Shown: positions 40,035-49,703, counted from the first letter of the stretch. The stretch is 64,000 nt of DNA from an uncultured Neglectibacter sp. (GCA_946554335.1 CAMNSA010000011.1:12158-76157), one strand, 5' to 3'. A program made the numbers and translations. The notes: generated by a model not told the origin, from the letters alone.

Positions 40035-41249
40035 ATGACAAAGGAAAAGAAGACGGTAGTGCTCTGTGTAACGGGAGGTATTGCCTGCTACAAATCGGCT
40101 ATGCTGGCTTCCACTCTGGTGAAAAAGGGCTATGAGGTGGAGGTGGTGATGACCAAAAACGCCACGGAATTTATCGGCCCCCATACCTTTGACTCTCTGA
40201 CCCATCGCCGCACGATGGTGGACACCTTTGACCGGAATTTCCCAAGCCATGTAGAGCATGTGGCTTTGGCGGACAAGGCGGACCTTCTGGTGGTGGCCCC
40301 CGCCACGGCGAATGTGCTGGCAAAAGCCGCCCACGGCATTGCCGACGATATGCTCACCACTACGATTTTAGCCTGCGACTGTCCCAAGCTGGCGGTTCCG
40401 GCCATGAACACCAGAATGTATGAAAATCCGGTGACTCAGGAGAACCTCGATACCCTCAGACGGTTCGGCTGGCAGATCTTAGAGCCGGAAAGCGGCAGAC
40501 TGGCCTGCGGCACGGTAGGCAAGGGAAAAATGCCGGAGCCGGAGGCCATCGCCGAGGCGGTGGATCATCTCATCGGCTATGAGAAGGATTTGGCCGGGAA
40601 GAAGGTGCTGGTGACGGCAGGGCCTACCAGAGAGGCCGTGGATCCGGTACGGTTTTTGTCCAATCACTCCACCGGCACCATGGGCTATGAGGTGGCGAGA
40701 GCCGCCGCTTCCCGTGGGGCGGCGGTGACTCTCGTTTCCGGCCCCACCGCTTTGAAGCCTCCCGCGTTTCTGGAAACCGTGCCGGTGATCAGCGCCCAGG
40801 AGATGTTTGAGGCCGTCGCTCAAAGGTCCGACAGTCAGGATATCATTATCAAGTGCGCCGCCGTGGCAGATTTCTGCCCGGTGACTGTGGAACAGAATAA
40901 AGTGAAAAAAGGAAGCACGGAGGAATTTTCCCTGCCTCTCAAGCGCACACGGGATATCCTGGGCTATTTGGGAGAGCACAAAAAGCCTCACCAGTTCCTC
41001 TGCGGCTTCAGCATGGAGACGGAAAACCTTTTGGAAAACAGCAGGAAAAAGCTTCGCGCGAAGCATGTGGATATGATCGCGGCCAACAGTCTGAACGAAG
41101 AGGGAGCGGGCTTCGGGGGAAGCACCAATGTCCTGACCCTGATTACCGAACGGTCTGAGGAAAAGCTTCCCTTACTTTCCAAGGAAGCGGCGGCCCACCG
41201 GCTGTTGGACGCCATTGTGCGGGAAACAGAGAAGAGCAAAATCGGGTAA
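40035..41249 (+). CDS. coaBC: Bifunctional phosphopantothenoylcysteine decarboxylase/ligase
   Basis: TGGIACYK, VAPATAN, PAMN..MY, LACG..G.GK, TAGPTRE.VDPVRF.SN.STG, AAVAD. Confidence 0.96.
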   Translation: MTKEKKTVVLCVTGGIACYKSAMLASTLVKKGYEVEVVMTKNATEFIGPHTFDSLTHRRTMVDTFDRNFPSHVEHVALADKADLLVVAPATANVLAKAAHGIADDMLTTTILACDCPKLAVPAMNTRMYENPVTQENLDTLRRFGWQILEPESGRLACGTVGKGKMPEPEAIAEAVDHLIGYEKDLAGKKVLVTAGPTREAVDPVRFLSNHSTGTMGYEVARAAASRGAAVTLVSGPTALKPPAFLETVPVISAQEMFEAVAQRSDSQDIIIKCAAVADFCPVTVEQNKVKKGSTEEFSLPLKRTRDILGYLGEHKKPHQFLCGFSMETENLLENSRKKLRAKHVDMIAANSLNEEGAGFGGSTNVLTLITERSEEKLPLLSKEAAAHRLLDAIVRETEKSKIG

Positions 41250-41553
41250 AAGTGAAGAAGTTTGAGAGCCCTTTCCCCCTGAGAGAAAGGGCTTTTTGAT
41301 ACTCTTGAAAATAATACGGGAAATCTTCCCGAACCCCTTGCACTTTTTGAAAAAGATGATATGATAGGAGCCGTGCAGGGTCAAAAAAGGTGCAGTGCTT
41401 TTGATCCTCTGAAAGGGAAAAATCTTTCTTTTCGGGAACCAGAAAGTTGTATTGAAAAATGAGAGGGCGGCCCGGCGGCTGCACAGTCGGCAAGAACGCC
41501 GCTTCTTCTCACAAACAAGGCTGCCTGAAAGCGGCGGAAACGGAGTGTTTATC

Positions 41554-42804
41554 ATGGCGTTCAAAAAAGTCAAAGTCGGCGTGGTAGGCTGCGGAAACAT
41601 TTCCTACACCTACCTTTACAACCTGACCCGCACCTTCTCTGACATCATTGAGGTGGCGGGCTGCTCTGACCTGATCCCGGAGAAGAGCAAAGCGCGCTCG
41701 GAGATCTTTGATATTCCTCAACGCACCACGGAAGAGCTCCTGAACGATCCGGAGATCGAGATCATCGTAAACATCACTGAGATCATCAATCACAACAATG
41801 TGACGGATATGGCTCTGAAGGCCGGCAAGCATGTGTATTCCGAGAAGATGATGTCCCATTCCTTCGAGGACGCTGCAAAGACCATTGCCTATGCCAAGGA
41901 GCATGGCCTGCGCTTCGGCGCCGGTCCGGACACCTATCTGGGCGGCGTTCTCCAGAGCGCAAGAAAGATCATTGACGACGGCGTGATCGGCGAGCCTATC
42001 CTGGCTCATGCCATCTGCCTGCGCGGGCGCGGCGCAAATCATTCTCCCATGGCCGTGGATTTCAAGCATCCCAACGGCGGCCGTACCGGCACCACCATCC
42101 CTTATGATGTAGGCTCCTACTATGTGAACGCCATGCTGGGTCTTCTGGGACAGGTCAACAGCGTCACCGGTTTCTGCCGCTTTAAGGACAACAAGGTGAT
42201 GACCAATCCCGTACATCCCCGCTTCGGCGAGCTCGTAAACAAGCAGGAAGGCGCCACCATGTTCCTGGGCGCTCTCAACTTTGACTGCGGCTGCTACGGC
42301 AGTCTGGCAGTTTACAGCGAGTCCTTCCCGCCGGAGACCGCCGGTTTGACCATTTACGGCACCAAGGGCAACCTCTATCTGCCCGATCCCAACTATTATG
42401 GCGGCTGGGGCTATGACGCCACCATGAGCCTCAACGGCAATCCCGGCACCATGCCCATGCCTTATCTCTTTGGCTTTAACGACCACTCTCCCGAAACGCC
42501 TCTCCTGAAGCCTGAAGTGCCCCGTGCGCCCCGTCAGGGTGACGCCATGCGCTTTGGTCTGAGAGGCATCGGTGTGGCTGACATGGCTTATGCCCTTCGT
42601 CTGAATCGTCCTCAGCGCTGCAGCGAGGATCTGGCTCTGCATGGGCTGGAAGTGCTGCATGGTATCGACGAGTCCAGCGCGAAGCATATCGTTTACGATA
42701 TGACCACCAAGACAGAGCGTCCCTATCCGCTGTGCCCCGGCTTCATGGGCGGCCCCGATCAGGACGCGGCTCTGATCTACACCGACGAGTCCTACAAGCT
42801 GTAA
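41554..42804 (+). CDS. Gfo/Idh/MocA family oxidoreductase
   Basis: GVVGCGNIS Rossmann motif, AGKHVYSEK, GAGPDTYLG. Confidence 0.9.
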   Translation: MAFKKVKVGVVGCGNISYTYLYNLTRTFSDIIEVAGCSDLIPEKSKARSEIFDIPQRTTEELLNDPEIEIIVNITEIINHNNVTDMALKAGKHVYSEKMMSHSFEDAAKTIAYAKEHGLRFGAGPDTYLGGVLQSARKIIDDGVIGEPILAHAICLRGRGANHSPMAVDFKHPNGGRTGTTIPYDVGSYYVNAMLGLLGQVNSVTGFCRFKDNKVMTNPVHPRFGELVNKQEGATMFLGALNFDCGCYGSLAVYSESFPPETAGLTIYGTKGNLYLPDPNYYGGWGYDATMSLNGNPGTMPMPYLFGFNDHSPETPLLKPEVPRAPRQGDAMRFGLRGIGVADMAYALRLNRPQRCSEDLALHGLEVLHGIDESSAKHIVYDMTTKTERPYPLCPGFMGGPDQDAALIYTDESYKL

Positions 42805-42827
42805 GAAGTATTCACAGACGGGCGACC

Positions 42828-42870
42828 AACAGCGCCGGGCTTAGAGTGTCTAAGCCCGGCGCTGTTTTTT
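42828..42870 (+). terminator. Intrinsic terminator
   Basis: AACAGCGCCGGGCTTAGA-loop-TCTAAGCCCGGCGCTGTTTTTT. Confidence 0.85.
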
Positions 42871-42975
42871 AAAAAAGGGAAATGTGGTTCGACAAAAAGG
42901 GGAACATCTCCGTTTCCTAACATAAGAAAGAAAAAATCATCCGGGGCCTTCCGGAAGGGAAAGCGGGGAATTCTG

Positions 42976-44352
42976 ATGAAACGATGCCTTATTTTCTGTT
43001 TGGTTTTGTGTCTGCTTGCAGGCTGTGCGGCGGGAGGCTCTCCCGGCGCGACCGGAAAAGCTCTGTGCCTTGTAAAGGCCGAGTATCCTCAGATGCAGCC
43101 CTTCCCCAGGGAGGAGGCGTATCAAGACGAGGCAACCGGCGAGTGGGATCACTCTGCCTATGAGGAGGACTATGAAAAATGGATCCACTCCCGTTCACAG
43201 CTTCGGAGGGACCTGCCCGAGGGATACAACCGGGGACTTACCGCTTTTTTTGAACGCAGCGCGAAGGAGCTTTTGCGCCCGGAAAGCGGCGAAGAGGAGG
43301 AAAACCGGGTCTATTCTCCCTTAAATCTCTATTTCGCCCTGAGTATGCTGGCCGAGACCGCCGGGGGCGATACGCGGCAAGAGATCCTGAAGCTTTTGGA
43401 AAGCAACAGCGTGGAATCGCTCAGAGAGAAAACAGCGGATCTCTGGACGGCTAATTATGTGGATGACGGCCGGGTGACTCAGATTCTCTCCAATTCCTTC
43501 TGGCTCAACGAAAGCCTTTCCTATCATCAGGAGACTCTGGACCTGCTGGCAAAGGAGCATCGCGCCTCCTCCTTTTCTGGGAAAATGGGAAGCGCAGAGC
43601 TGGATCGGGCCCTGCAGGACTGGATCAACGAGCAGACCGGAGGGCTGTTGGAGGAATCGGTGGAGGGCGTCAAAACAGACCCCAGAACGGTGATCGCGCT
43701 GGTGTCGTCTCTGTATTTCAAGGCGGGCTGGGATGATGAGTTCTCCCCTGAAATGACGGAAGAACAGGTGTTTTACGCTCCCTCCGGGGAAGAGCGCTGC
43801 CTCTTTATGCGGGAAACTCAGGACATGGGCCTGCTCTATGAGGGAGATCAGTTTTCCGCGGTGATCAAGCAGTTGTCCGAGGGGCATATGAAGTTCCTGC
43901 TTCCCAAAGAGGGCGTATCCCCATACTCCCTTTTGGAGGATCCCCAGGCGCTGGAGTTTCTCTTTTCTCAAAATCAGTGGGAAAGTGTTCGGGACTGCAC
44001 CATCCATTTTGCTCTTCCCAAGTTTGACGTCACCTCCGACCTGGATCTTATTTCCGGGTTGAAGGCGCTGGGGGTCACTCAAGCCTTTGATCAGACGGCG
44101 GCTGACTTTTCCCCTTTGACCGACACACCGGGAACCTATCTCTCCAAGGTCCAGCACAGCGCCCGGGTTATGGTGGACGAAGAGGGATGCGCGGGAGCTG
44201 TCTATACCGTGCTCCTACAGGAGTGCGGTGGGGCGCTGCCGGAAGAGCAGGAGGAGATCGACTTTATTCTGGATCGTCCGTTCCTCTTTTCCGTTTCCGG
44301 GATCGCTGGCGAGACCCTTTTCGTGGGGATCGTACAGCATCCGGAGAGCTGA
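42976..44352 (+). CDS. Serpin family lipoprotein
   Basis: Lipobox LAGC, VYSPLNLYFALSML, NDWIN-like QDWINEQTGG, LYFKAGW, LPKFD, VDEEG, DRPFLF. Confidence 0.92.
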   Translation: MKRCLIFCLVLCLLAGCAAGGSPGATGKALCLVKAEYPQMQPFPREEAYQDEATGEWDHSAYEEDYEKWIHSRSQLRRDLPEGYNRGLTAFFERSAKELLRPESGEEEENRVYSPLNLYFALSMLAETAGGDTRQEILKLLESNSVESLREKTADLWTANYVDDGRVTQILSNSFWLNESLSYHQETLDLLAKEHRASSFSGKMGSAELDRALQDWINEQTGGLLEESVEGVKTDPRTVIALVSSLYFKAGWDDEFSPEMTEEQVFYAPSGEERCLFMRETQDMGLLYEGDQFSAVIKQLSEGHMKFLLPKEGVSPYSLLEDPQALEFLFSQNQWESVRDCTIHFALPKFDVTSDLDLISGLKALGVTQAFDQTAADFSPLTDTPGTYLSKVQHSARVMVDEEGCAGAVYTVLLQECGGALPEEQEEIDFILDRPFLFSVSGIAGETLFVGIVQHPES

Positions 44353-44418
44353 CCAAAAGCAAAAAGAACACCGCCCCGTTTATCAAAACAGGACGGTGTT
44401 TTTTCTGCTCGTAAAGTT

Positions 44419-45564
44419 TTATCCCTTTACTTCTATTTGGCCGTTTACCAGCACATAGCGCACATTGGATGCCACTTCATGCCAGGGGCCGTCCATGATC
44501 ACGAGATCTGCGTCCTTTCCGGTTTCCAGAGAACCCACCCGATCCTGGACGCCGATATGCTCTGCCGGGCGGATGGTGATGGCGCGCAGGGCGTCAAACT
44601 CATCCATGCCGGATTTCATGGCCAAAGCGGCGCAAAGGGGCAGATAGCTTTGGGGGATCACCGGGGAGTCGGTGATGATAGACACATGGCAGCCTGCCTT
44701 GCTGAGCACGCCCGGGGTGGAAAAAGTCTTATTGCGCAGCTCGAACTTGGTGGGATGGGTGAGAGAGGGGCCTACAGCCAGAGGATAGTTTTCCTTTGCC
44801 AGCTCCTCCGGGATCAGATGTCCCTCTGTCACATGCTCTAAAGTGAGCTTTACGCCAAACTCCTTGGCAATGCGGATGGCGGTGAACAGGTCGTCCGCCT
44901 GATGGGCGTGAGCTTTCAGCGGGATCTCTCCGTGGAGGACCGGCAGCAAAGCTTCCAGCTTGAAGTCAAAGGCAGGGCGCTTGGAAAGGTCATCTCCGGC
45001 CGCCTGCTTCTTTTCATCGTATTCTCGGGCCTTCATCAGGGCTTCCCGCAGCTTTGCCGCGGTGGACATCCGGGAATAATTGTTTTTATCCCGATAGCAG
45101 CGTTTGGGATTCTCTCCAAAGGCGCATTTCATGGCGGCTCTGGGGTTAATGACCATATCGTCTACCCGCTTGCCTGTCGTTTTGATCACGGCGAACTGTC
45201 CGCCCAGCACATTGGCGGAGCCGGGGCCGGTGCATACGGTGGTCACGCCTGCCCCAAGGGCTTCCCGAAAAGCGGGATCCATGGGCTCGATGCCGTCGAT
45301 GGCCCGCAGCTGGGGGGTGAGAATATCCGTCATCTCGTTGCAGTCGTCCCCTTCAAAGCCGATCCCGCTGCCGTCTAAGCCGATATGGCAATGGGCCTCT
45401 ACAAAGCCGGGGTAGAGATTGAGACCTGAAGCGTCGATCACCGTGCAGTCAGCGGAAAGGGAAGGGCCGATCTCCGCGATCTTTCCGTCCTTGATCAGCA
45501 GGTCGCCGGTATAGGGCTCCCGATGGATCGCGTCATGGATCGTTCCATTTTTGATCAAATACAT
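44419..45564 (-). CDS. Metal-dependent amidohydrolase
   Basis: PGFVEAHCH, MKCAFGENPK, KAHAHQADD, ITDSPV, GKDADLV. Confidence 0.92.
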   Translation of the reverse strand: MYLIKNGTIHDAIHREPYTGDLLIKDGKIAEIGPSLSADCTVIDASGLNLYPGFVEAHCHIGLDGSGIGFEGDDCNEMTDILTPQLRAIDGIEPMDPAFREALGAGVTTVCTGPGSANVLGGQFAVIKTTGKRVDDMVINPRAAMKCAFGENPKRCYRDKNNYSRMSTAAKLREALMKAREYDEKKQAAGDDLSKRPAFDFKLEALLPVLHGEIPLKAHAHQADDLFTAIRIAKEFGVKLTLEHVTEGHLIPEELAKENYPLAVGPSLTHPTKFELRNKTFSTPGVLSKAGCHVSIITDSPVIPQSYLPLCAALAMKSGMDEFDALRAITIRPAEHIGVQDRVGSLETGKDADLVIMDGPWHEVASNVRYVLVNGQIEVKG

Positions 45565-45596
45565 TTTTTCTCCTCCTCTAAAAAGAAACTGCCTCC

Positions 45597-45625
45597 ATCA
45601 TAGCACGATGGAGGCAGTTTGTAAA
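45597..45625 (-). promoter_or_regulatory. Sigma-A-like promoter embedded in a hairpin
   Basis: TTTACA-17 bp-TATGAT (with extended TG) inside the inverted repeat AAACTGCCTCCATC...GATGGAGGCAGTTT. Confidence 0.65.
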
Positions 45626-45626
45626 C

Positions 45627-45968
45627 CAGCGTGACGCTGGACTCATGTCGGGCAGATAGCATGTGGAGTGCTTTGGTGAGCGGCCCGACAGTAAGCGTGT
45701 GGGAAAGGGAAATTTATACAGCGTGACGCTGGACCCAAGTCGTGAAGCCGGTGCGCAGAGTGCTTTAGTGGGCGGCCCGGCAACGAACGCGTAGGAAAAG
45801 GAGAAAATCACACAGCGTGACGCTGGACTCATGTCGGGCAGATAGCATGTGGAATGCTTTGGTGAGCGGCCCGGCAGTAAGCGTGTGGGAAAGGGAAATT
45901 TATACAGCGTGACGCTGGACCCAAGTCATGACGCCGGTGCGCAGAGTGCTTTAGTGAGCGGCCCGGCA
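45627..45968. repeat. Tandem ABAB array of 92/94-bp structured units
   Basis: Units start at 45627, 45719, 45813 and 45905 with CAGCGTGACGCTGGAC. A second conserved block is G(A)GTGCTTT(G/A)GTG(A/G)GCGGCCCG(A/G)CA. Unit 1 is nearly identical to unit 3, and unit 2 to unit 4. Confidence 0.95.
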
Positions 45969-45990
45969 TATGAAAAATCGGAACAAAAAA

Positions 45991-46527
45991 TCAGGAAGTA
46001 ATCGCTTCCTCTTCGGGATTCAGAATGGCGTACACATAGGTGTCCCAATAGATGGGATTCCCCGAAGCATCCGTATGAAATGACACATTCTTTCTAAAGT
46101 GTGCTTCCCGCTTCATCCCAAGCTTTTCCATCAGTTTCCAGGAGGCAGTGTTCTCCGGCGCACATTCCGCCCAGATCCGGTGTACTCCCTCCTTGAAGGT
46201 CTGATGGAGAACAGTCAGGCAGGCTTCCGTTCCGTAGCCTTTCCGGTGGTAGCGCTCATTGAGCACATAACCAAGCTCCCTTGAGTTCTGCGGCCTTTCT
46301 CCCAGGTATATATTGCCGATGACCTTTTTCTCCTCTTTGAGCTCAATGGCAATAAATTCCTGATTCTGACTGCGGGAAAGTACTTCTTCCTTTGCTTTCT
46401 CCGCCGTGAAATCGGGGTATGCTTCAAAAACGGTGTTTACCCGCTGCAGCATATATTCCCGCAGATCTTCCTCATCGCTGGGCTGAAAGCTTCTCAGCAA
46501 GAGGCGTTTTGTCTCCAGTATCGTCAT
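45991..46527 (-). CDS. GNAT family N-acetyltransferase (RimJ/RimL-like)
   Basis: ETKRLLLR, ELGYVL...YHRKGYGTEA, NTASWKLMEKLGM. Confidence 0.9.
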   Translation of the reverse strand: MTILETKRLLLRSFQPSDEEDLREYMLQRVNTVFEAYPDFTAEKAKEEVLSRSQNQEFIAIELKEEKKVIGNIYLGERPQNSRELGYVLNERYHRKGYGTEACLTVLHQTFKEGVHRIWAECAPENTASWKLMEKLGMKREAHFRKNVSFHTDASGNPIYWDTYVYAILNPEEEAITS

Positions 46528-46533
46528 GGCTTC

Positions 46534-46977
46534 TCATTCCTTTCCGTGTATTTCAAAAGGCGTCCCCTCTCCGCCCATCAGCTTTGTCAGCTCTTCGATG
46601 CGCTCGATGGGGAAGGGAGGCGCGCACAGGGGCAGCATGGCAATGGACATCAGCTTCATGGGATTGTCGTCTGCCGCCACCCGATTGGAGGAGAGCTTCC
46701 CGCAGCGCCTGCAGCGGTGGATGATCGCCCACTCTCCGCCCTTTCTGACCCAGACGCCGATGGGCTCCATGATCCCTCCGCAGTCCGAGGCGCGGTCCCC
46801 CGGCTCTTCGTCCACATGGAGGCTTGATAGGCAGTTGGGGCAATGGTTCCTGTGATTGCTGCCCGCTCCCTCGGGGGTCACCGGGCGTCCGCACACCTTG
46901 CAGGTGAAGCTCTCGTTACAGGGGTGGTTTCGGTAATAGTCTTTTTGAAATGATTTTCTTTTGTTTTCGCGATTCAT
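46534..46977 (-). CDS. RNHCP domain-containing protein
   Basis: FTCKVCG...HRNHCPNCLSSLHVD..PGDRASDCGG.M...HRCRRCG; GGAGG RBS. Confidence 0.92.
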   Translation of the reverse strand: MNRENKRKSFQKDYYRNHPCNESFTCKVCGRPVTPEGAGSNHRNHCPNCLSSLHVDEEPGDRASDCGGIMEPIGVWVRKGGEWAIIHRCRRCGKLSSNRVAADDNPMKLMSIAMLPLCAPPFPIERIEELTKLMGGEGTPFEIHGKE

Positions 46978-47601
46978 AAAATAATGGATTCCTCCTGAAA
47001 ATACAAATGCCGTCTCGGCGGCTTATTTTCTGCGTGTAATGATCGGATTCGATCCGTGGCTCCCAAAGAGAGCGCGGGGATAAGGCCACAGCCATAAAAG
47101 GGCCACCTTTCTTTTTTATTTTTCTGAAATGGGGATACGGCTTTGGATGGAGGATGTCTTTTACCGCCGGACGCTCTCTGAAGCACAAAAAACCGCGGTA
47201 CAATGTACCGCGGTTACAGTCAAAAGACCTTTTCGGGAGGCTCCCGAAAAAGAAAGGCGCGGAAACTCCGCGCTGTCTCTCAAAATCAAACAGCGGCGTT
47301 TTCTGTATCGAAGCATCTGAAAGTACGGCAGACAAAGACATACGCGAAAAGCGCATCCCCAGTTTTGTGCGGCTTTTGCCGCACTGCCGAAATTACTCAG
47401 ATACCGATAACAAAAAACACCCGCCCTTTCTCTTTAAGCTGGAAAAAGAGTATCATATTTTTGAGCGGTTGTCAAGGTTTCTTGAATTTTGATTTGTTCT
47501 TTGATAAAATGAAAACAAAAAGACGGCGTTTCACTAGGGCGGGACCGGCTCTCGGCCGGAGCTGTTAAAGAAAAGACGCAGGAGAAGGGAAGTGCAGTAT
47601 T

Positions 47602-48543
47602 TTGAAAGAGACGATCGATCAGATCAGGCGCAACATTGAAAAAGTGATGATCGGCCAGAAAGAGACCACCGATCTTTTGCTGGCAGCTTTGCTTGCGAAG
47701 GGCCATGTCCTGCTGGAGGATGTTCCCGGCATGGGGAAGACCGTGCTGGCCCGATCGCTGGCGAAATCAGTATCCGCCTCTTTTGGACGGATCCAGTTTA
47801 CGCCGGATCTGCTGCCCTCGGATGTGACAGGCCTCAATTTTTTCCACCAGCAAAAGGGAGAGTTCGTCTTTTCTTCCGGGCCGGTATTCTGCAATATTCT
47901 CCTGGCGGATGAGATCAACCGCGCCACTCCCCGCACCCAGTCCAGCCTTTTGGAATGTATGGCGGAGCGGCAGGTCACGGTGGACGGCGTCACCAGAGAA
48001 TTGAGCGCCCCCTTCTTTGTGGTGGCCACGGAGAACCCGGTGGAAACTCTGGGGACCTACCCTTTGCCGGAGGCCCAGCTGGATCGCTTCCTGATGCGCC
48101 TTTCCATGCAGCCTCCTACCCGGCAGGAGGAGACGGCCATTTTATCCCGGTTCCAGAAGGAGGAGCCCTTAGAGCAGCTTGCCCCGGTGTGCACGGCCCA
48201 GCAGGTATGCAGCCTGCAGGAGCAGGCGAAAGAGGTCTATATCCATCCGGTGCTTTTGGATTATATCGCCGGGATCTCCCAGGCTTCCCGTGAGGAGAGG
48301 AAAATCGTAATGGGTGTCAGCCCCCGAGGGTCTCTGGCCTTGATGCGGGCCTCTCAGGCTTTGGCCCTGGTTCGCGGCCGGGAGTTTACCACGCCTGAGG
48401 ATATCAAAGAGGCGGCGGTTCCGGTGCTTGCTCACCGGATCCTGGTGGAGGGGGCCTCCCAGGGAGCGGCAGAGGCCCAGAAGCAAGCGGTGGAAGCGCT
48501 GCTTTCCCGGGTAGAAGTTCCCACGGAAGATTGGGAGCGGTAA
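47602..48543 (+). CDS. MoxR family AAA+ ATPase
   Basis: EDVPGMGKT, RIQFTPDLLPSD, DEINRATPRTQS, ATENP, LPEAQLDRF; TTG start. Confidence 0.95.
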   Translation: MKETIDQIRRNIEKVMIGQKETTDLLLAALLAKGHVLLEDVPGMGKTVLARSLAKSVSASFGRIQFTPDLLPSDVTGLNFFHQQKGEFVFSSGPVFCNILLADEINRATPRTQSSLLECMAERQVTVDGVTRELSAPFFVVATENPVETLGTYPLPEAQLDRFLMRLSMQPPTRQEETAILSRFQKEEPLEQLAPVCTAQQVCSLQEQAKEVYIHPVLLDYIAGISQASREERKIVMGVSPRGSLALMRASQALALVRGREFTTPEDIKEAAVPVLAHRILVEGASQGAAEAQKQAVEALLSRVEVPTEDWER

Positions 48544-48547
48544 AGCC

Positions 48548-49651
48548 ATGGCGCTTTTTGTAGTACTCATTTTTTTGCTGCTGCTCTTTCTGCTTCTGCG
48601 TATGCTTTACGACTATGTGTGGGACAAGGGCCTTTCCACCCGGATCTCCTTTGAGGAGGAGTACCTCACAGAGGGGGAGAGATCGCATCTGAGAGAGGTA
48701 GTGGTCAACGATAAGCTGCTGCCTTTGCCTGTGGTGGAGATCGACTTTCACATGGATAAGCGGCTGCAATTCTCTGACGGTCAGAACAATTCTGTCAGCG
48801 ACCGTACTTACCGCAGAGATGTGTTTGCCCTGGGGATCCGCCAGAAGATCACCCGCACACTGGAATTTAAATGCGTGGGCAGGGGATATTTTCGGATCGA
48901 TGAGGCCAGCGTCAACGCCCAGGACCTTTTCCTGACCAGAAAATACGGGAAAAACCTCCCTCAGAACACGGATTTTTATGTGCTGCCCCGGCCGGTGTCC
49001 GCTCATGAAGTGAAGATCCCCTATTCTCAGATCATGGGGGAGCTAATCAGCCGGAAGAAGATCTACGACGACCCCTTTGAGTTTGCGGGGCTTAGAGAGT
49101 ATACCAGAAACGACCCCATGAAATACATCAACTGGAAGGCCACCGCCAGGGCCGGAAAGCTGCTGGTGAACCTCCACGAGTCCACCCTTTCCCAGAAGGT
49201 GATCTTCCTTTTGGATATGGAGGGGGCGGGAGTTCAGCAGGCGGATCTGCTCAACGAGGCAGGCGTGCGGCTGGTGTGCACGCTGTGCAGCCGGCTTCTG
49301 TATGAGGGCATTGAGGTGGGTGTTTTCAGCAACGGCCGGGATGTGCTGACCGGGAAGGCCTTTTCCCTTCCTCAGGCGGCGGGAGCCCAAAGCGAGCTGT
49401 TTCTCAAAAAGGCGCTGGCCCGGGTGGAGGCTCAGAATAATTTAGCGCCCATCACCGCCTTTTTTCCCTGGGAGGAGAAACGGGAGAACACCCTGTTCGT
49501 GCTGGTGTCCCGCAGGCAGGAGCCGAAGCTTTCCGGAGAGTTTTCACTGTTCATAGGAAAGGGGAAGGGGATCTGGCTCATTCCCTATCGGGGAGAGAAA
49601 AAATCGGGCCTTCTTCGGGACAACATGGACACTCTGTGGATCGAGATATAG
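48548..49651 (+). CDS. DUF58 domain protein
   Basis: FAGLREY...DPMKYINWKATAR; follows moxR. Confidence 0.9.
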   Translation: MALFVVLIFLLLLFLLLRMLYDYVWDKGLSTRISFEEEYLTEGERSHLREVVVNDKLLPLPVVEIDFHMDKRLQFSDGQNNSVSDRTYRRDVFALGIRQKITRTLEFKCVGRGYFRIDEASVNAQDLFLTRKYGKNLPQNTDFYVLPRPVSAHEVKIPYSQIMGELISRKKIYDDPFEFAGLREYTRNDPMKYINWKATARAGKLLVNLHESTLSQKVIFLLDMEGAGVQQADLLNEAGVRLVCTLCSRLLYEGIEVGVFSNGRDVLTGKAFSLPQAAGAQSELFLKKALARVEAQNNLAPITAFFPWEEKRENTLFVLVSRRQEPKLSGEFSLFIGKGKGIWLIPYRGEKKSGLLRDNMDTLWIEI

Positions 49652-49703
49652 CTTGAAACGGACTTTGCGGTTTTCATAAAGATTTACAAAAAAGAGGGAT
49701 AAG

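Noticed and set aside
45627-45968. CRISPR array or TIGR array
   Set aside because: The variable segments recur (A,B,A,B) rather than being unique spacers, the unit length of 92-94 bp does not fit, and no cas or Nop-domain tas gene is in the window.
45631-46007. Array of small peptides (each unit opens GTG-ACG-CTG-GAC, e.g. MTLDSCRADSMWSALVSGP..., with a GTGA stop/start overlap)
   Set aside because: A-versus-B differences fall mostly at codon positions 1 and 2, RBS spacing is long (12-17 nt), and no plus-strand promoter is evident. Coding is not excluded but unsupported.
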